DNA from: Felis catus
Lineage: Eukaryota
DNA length: 64,000 bases
Direction: 5' to 3'
Assembly: GCF_018350175.1 (NCBI RefSeq)
Contig: NC_058368.1
Span: 120,282,001 to 120,346,000, forward strand
The translations under genes and the position numbers were made by a program. Position 1 is the first letter of the stretch. Each line of letters opens with the position of its first letter. Below, piece after piece: positions 63,950-64,000 of this stretch. Under the pieces are notes generated by a model, which worked only from the letters and a program-made list of their open reading frames with translations, ran no database searches and was not told where the DNA came from.

Positions 63950-64000
63950 TCCTCTTATGTTTTAAACATCAATTAGTATGATATTTTATTGGATCTATTT

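Noticed and set aside
1..64000. CRISPR arrays, operons, defence systems or another novel multi-gene system
   Set aside because: The sequence is mammalian non-coding DNA. The dispersed repeats are SINEs, not regularly spaced repeat-spacer units, and no intact gene was found.

Overview
AT-rich, repeat-dense mammalian non-coding DNA. About 29 tRNA-derived carnivore SINEs (Can-SINE/SINEC, several of the young feline type) and carnivore/feline L1 3' ends point to a felid genome. There is no convincing protein-coding gene, RNA gene or CpG island. The ORF track is explained by SINE, L1 and microsatellite sequence or by chance. The window holds layered TEs: ancient L2, MIR, MER-type hAT elements, MLT/ERVL LTRs and L1M; three long minus-strand L1s; and SINEs with visible target-site duplications (TSDs). 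The best-supported unusual structure is a short feline L1 insertion carrying a ~130-bp 3'-transduced segment with its own AATAAA and poly(A), enclosed by a perfect 16-bp TSD (6125-6488). Other points are a 5'-complete but 3'-deleted L1, nested and inverted SINEs, four very young SINEs, an antisense bias of long L1s/LTRs suggesting a large + strand intron, and a few weak candidate exons/enhancers. Subfamily names are from my recollection of consensus sequences and boundaries of old elements are approximate. No novel biological system is supported.
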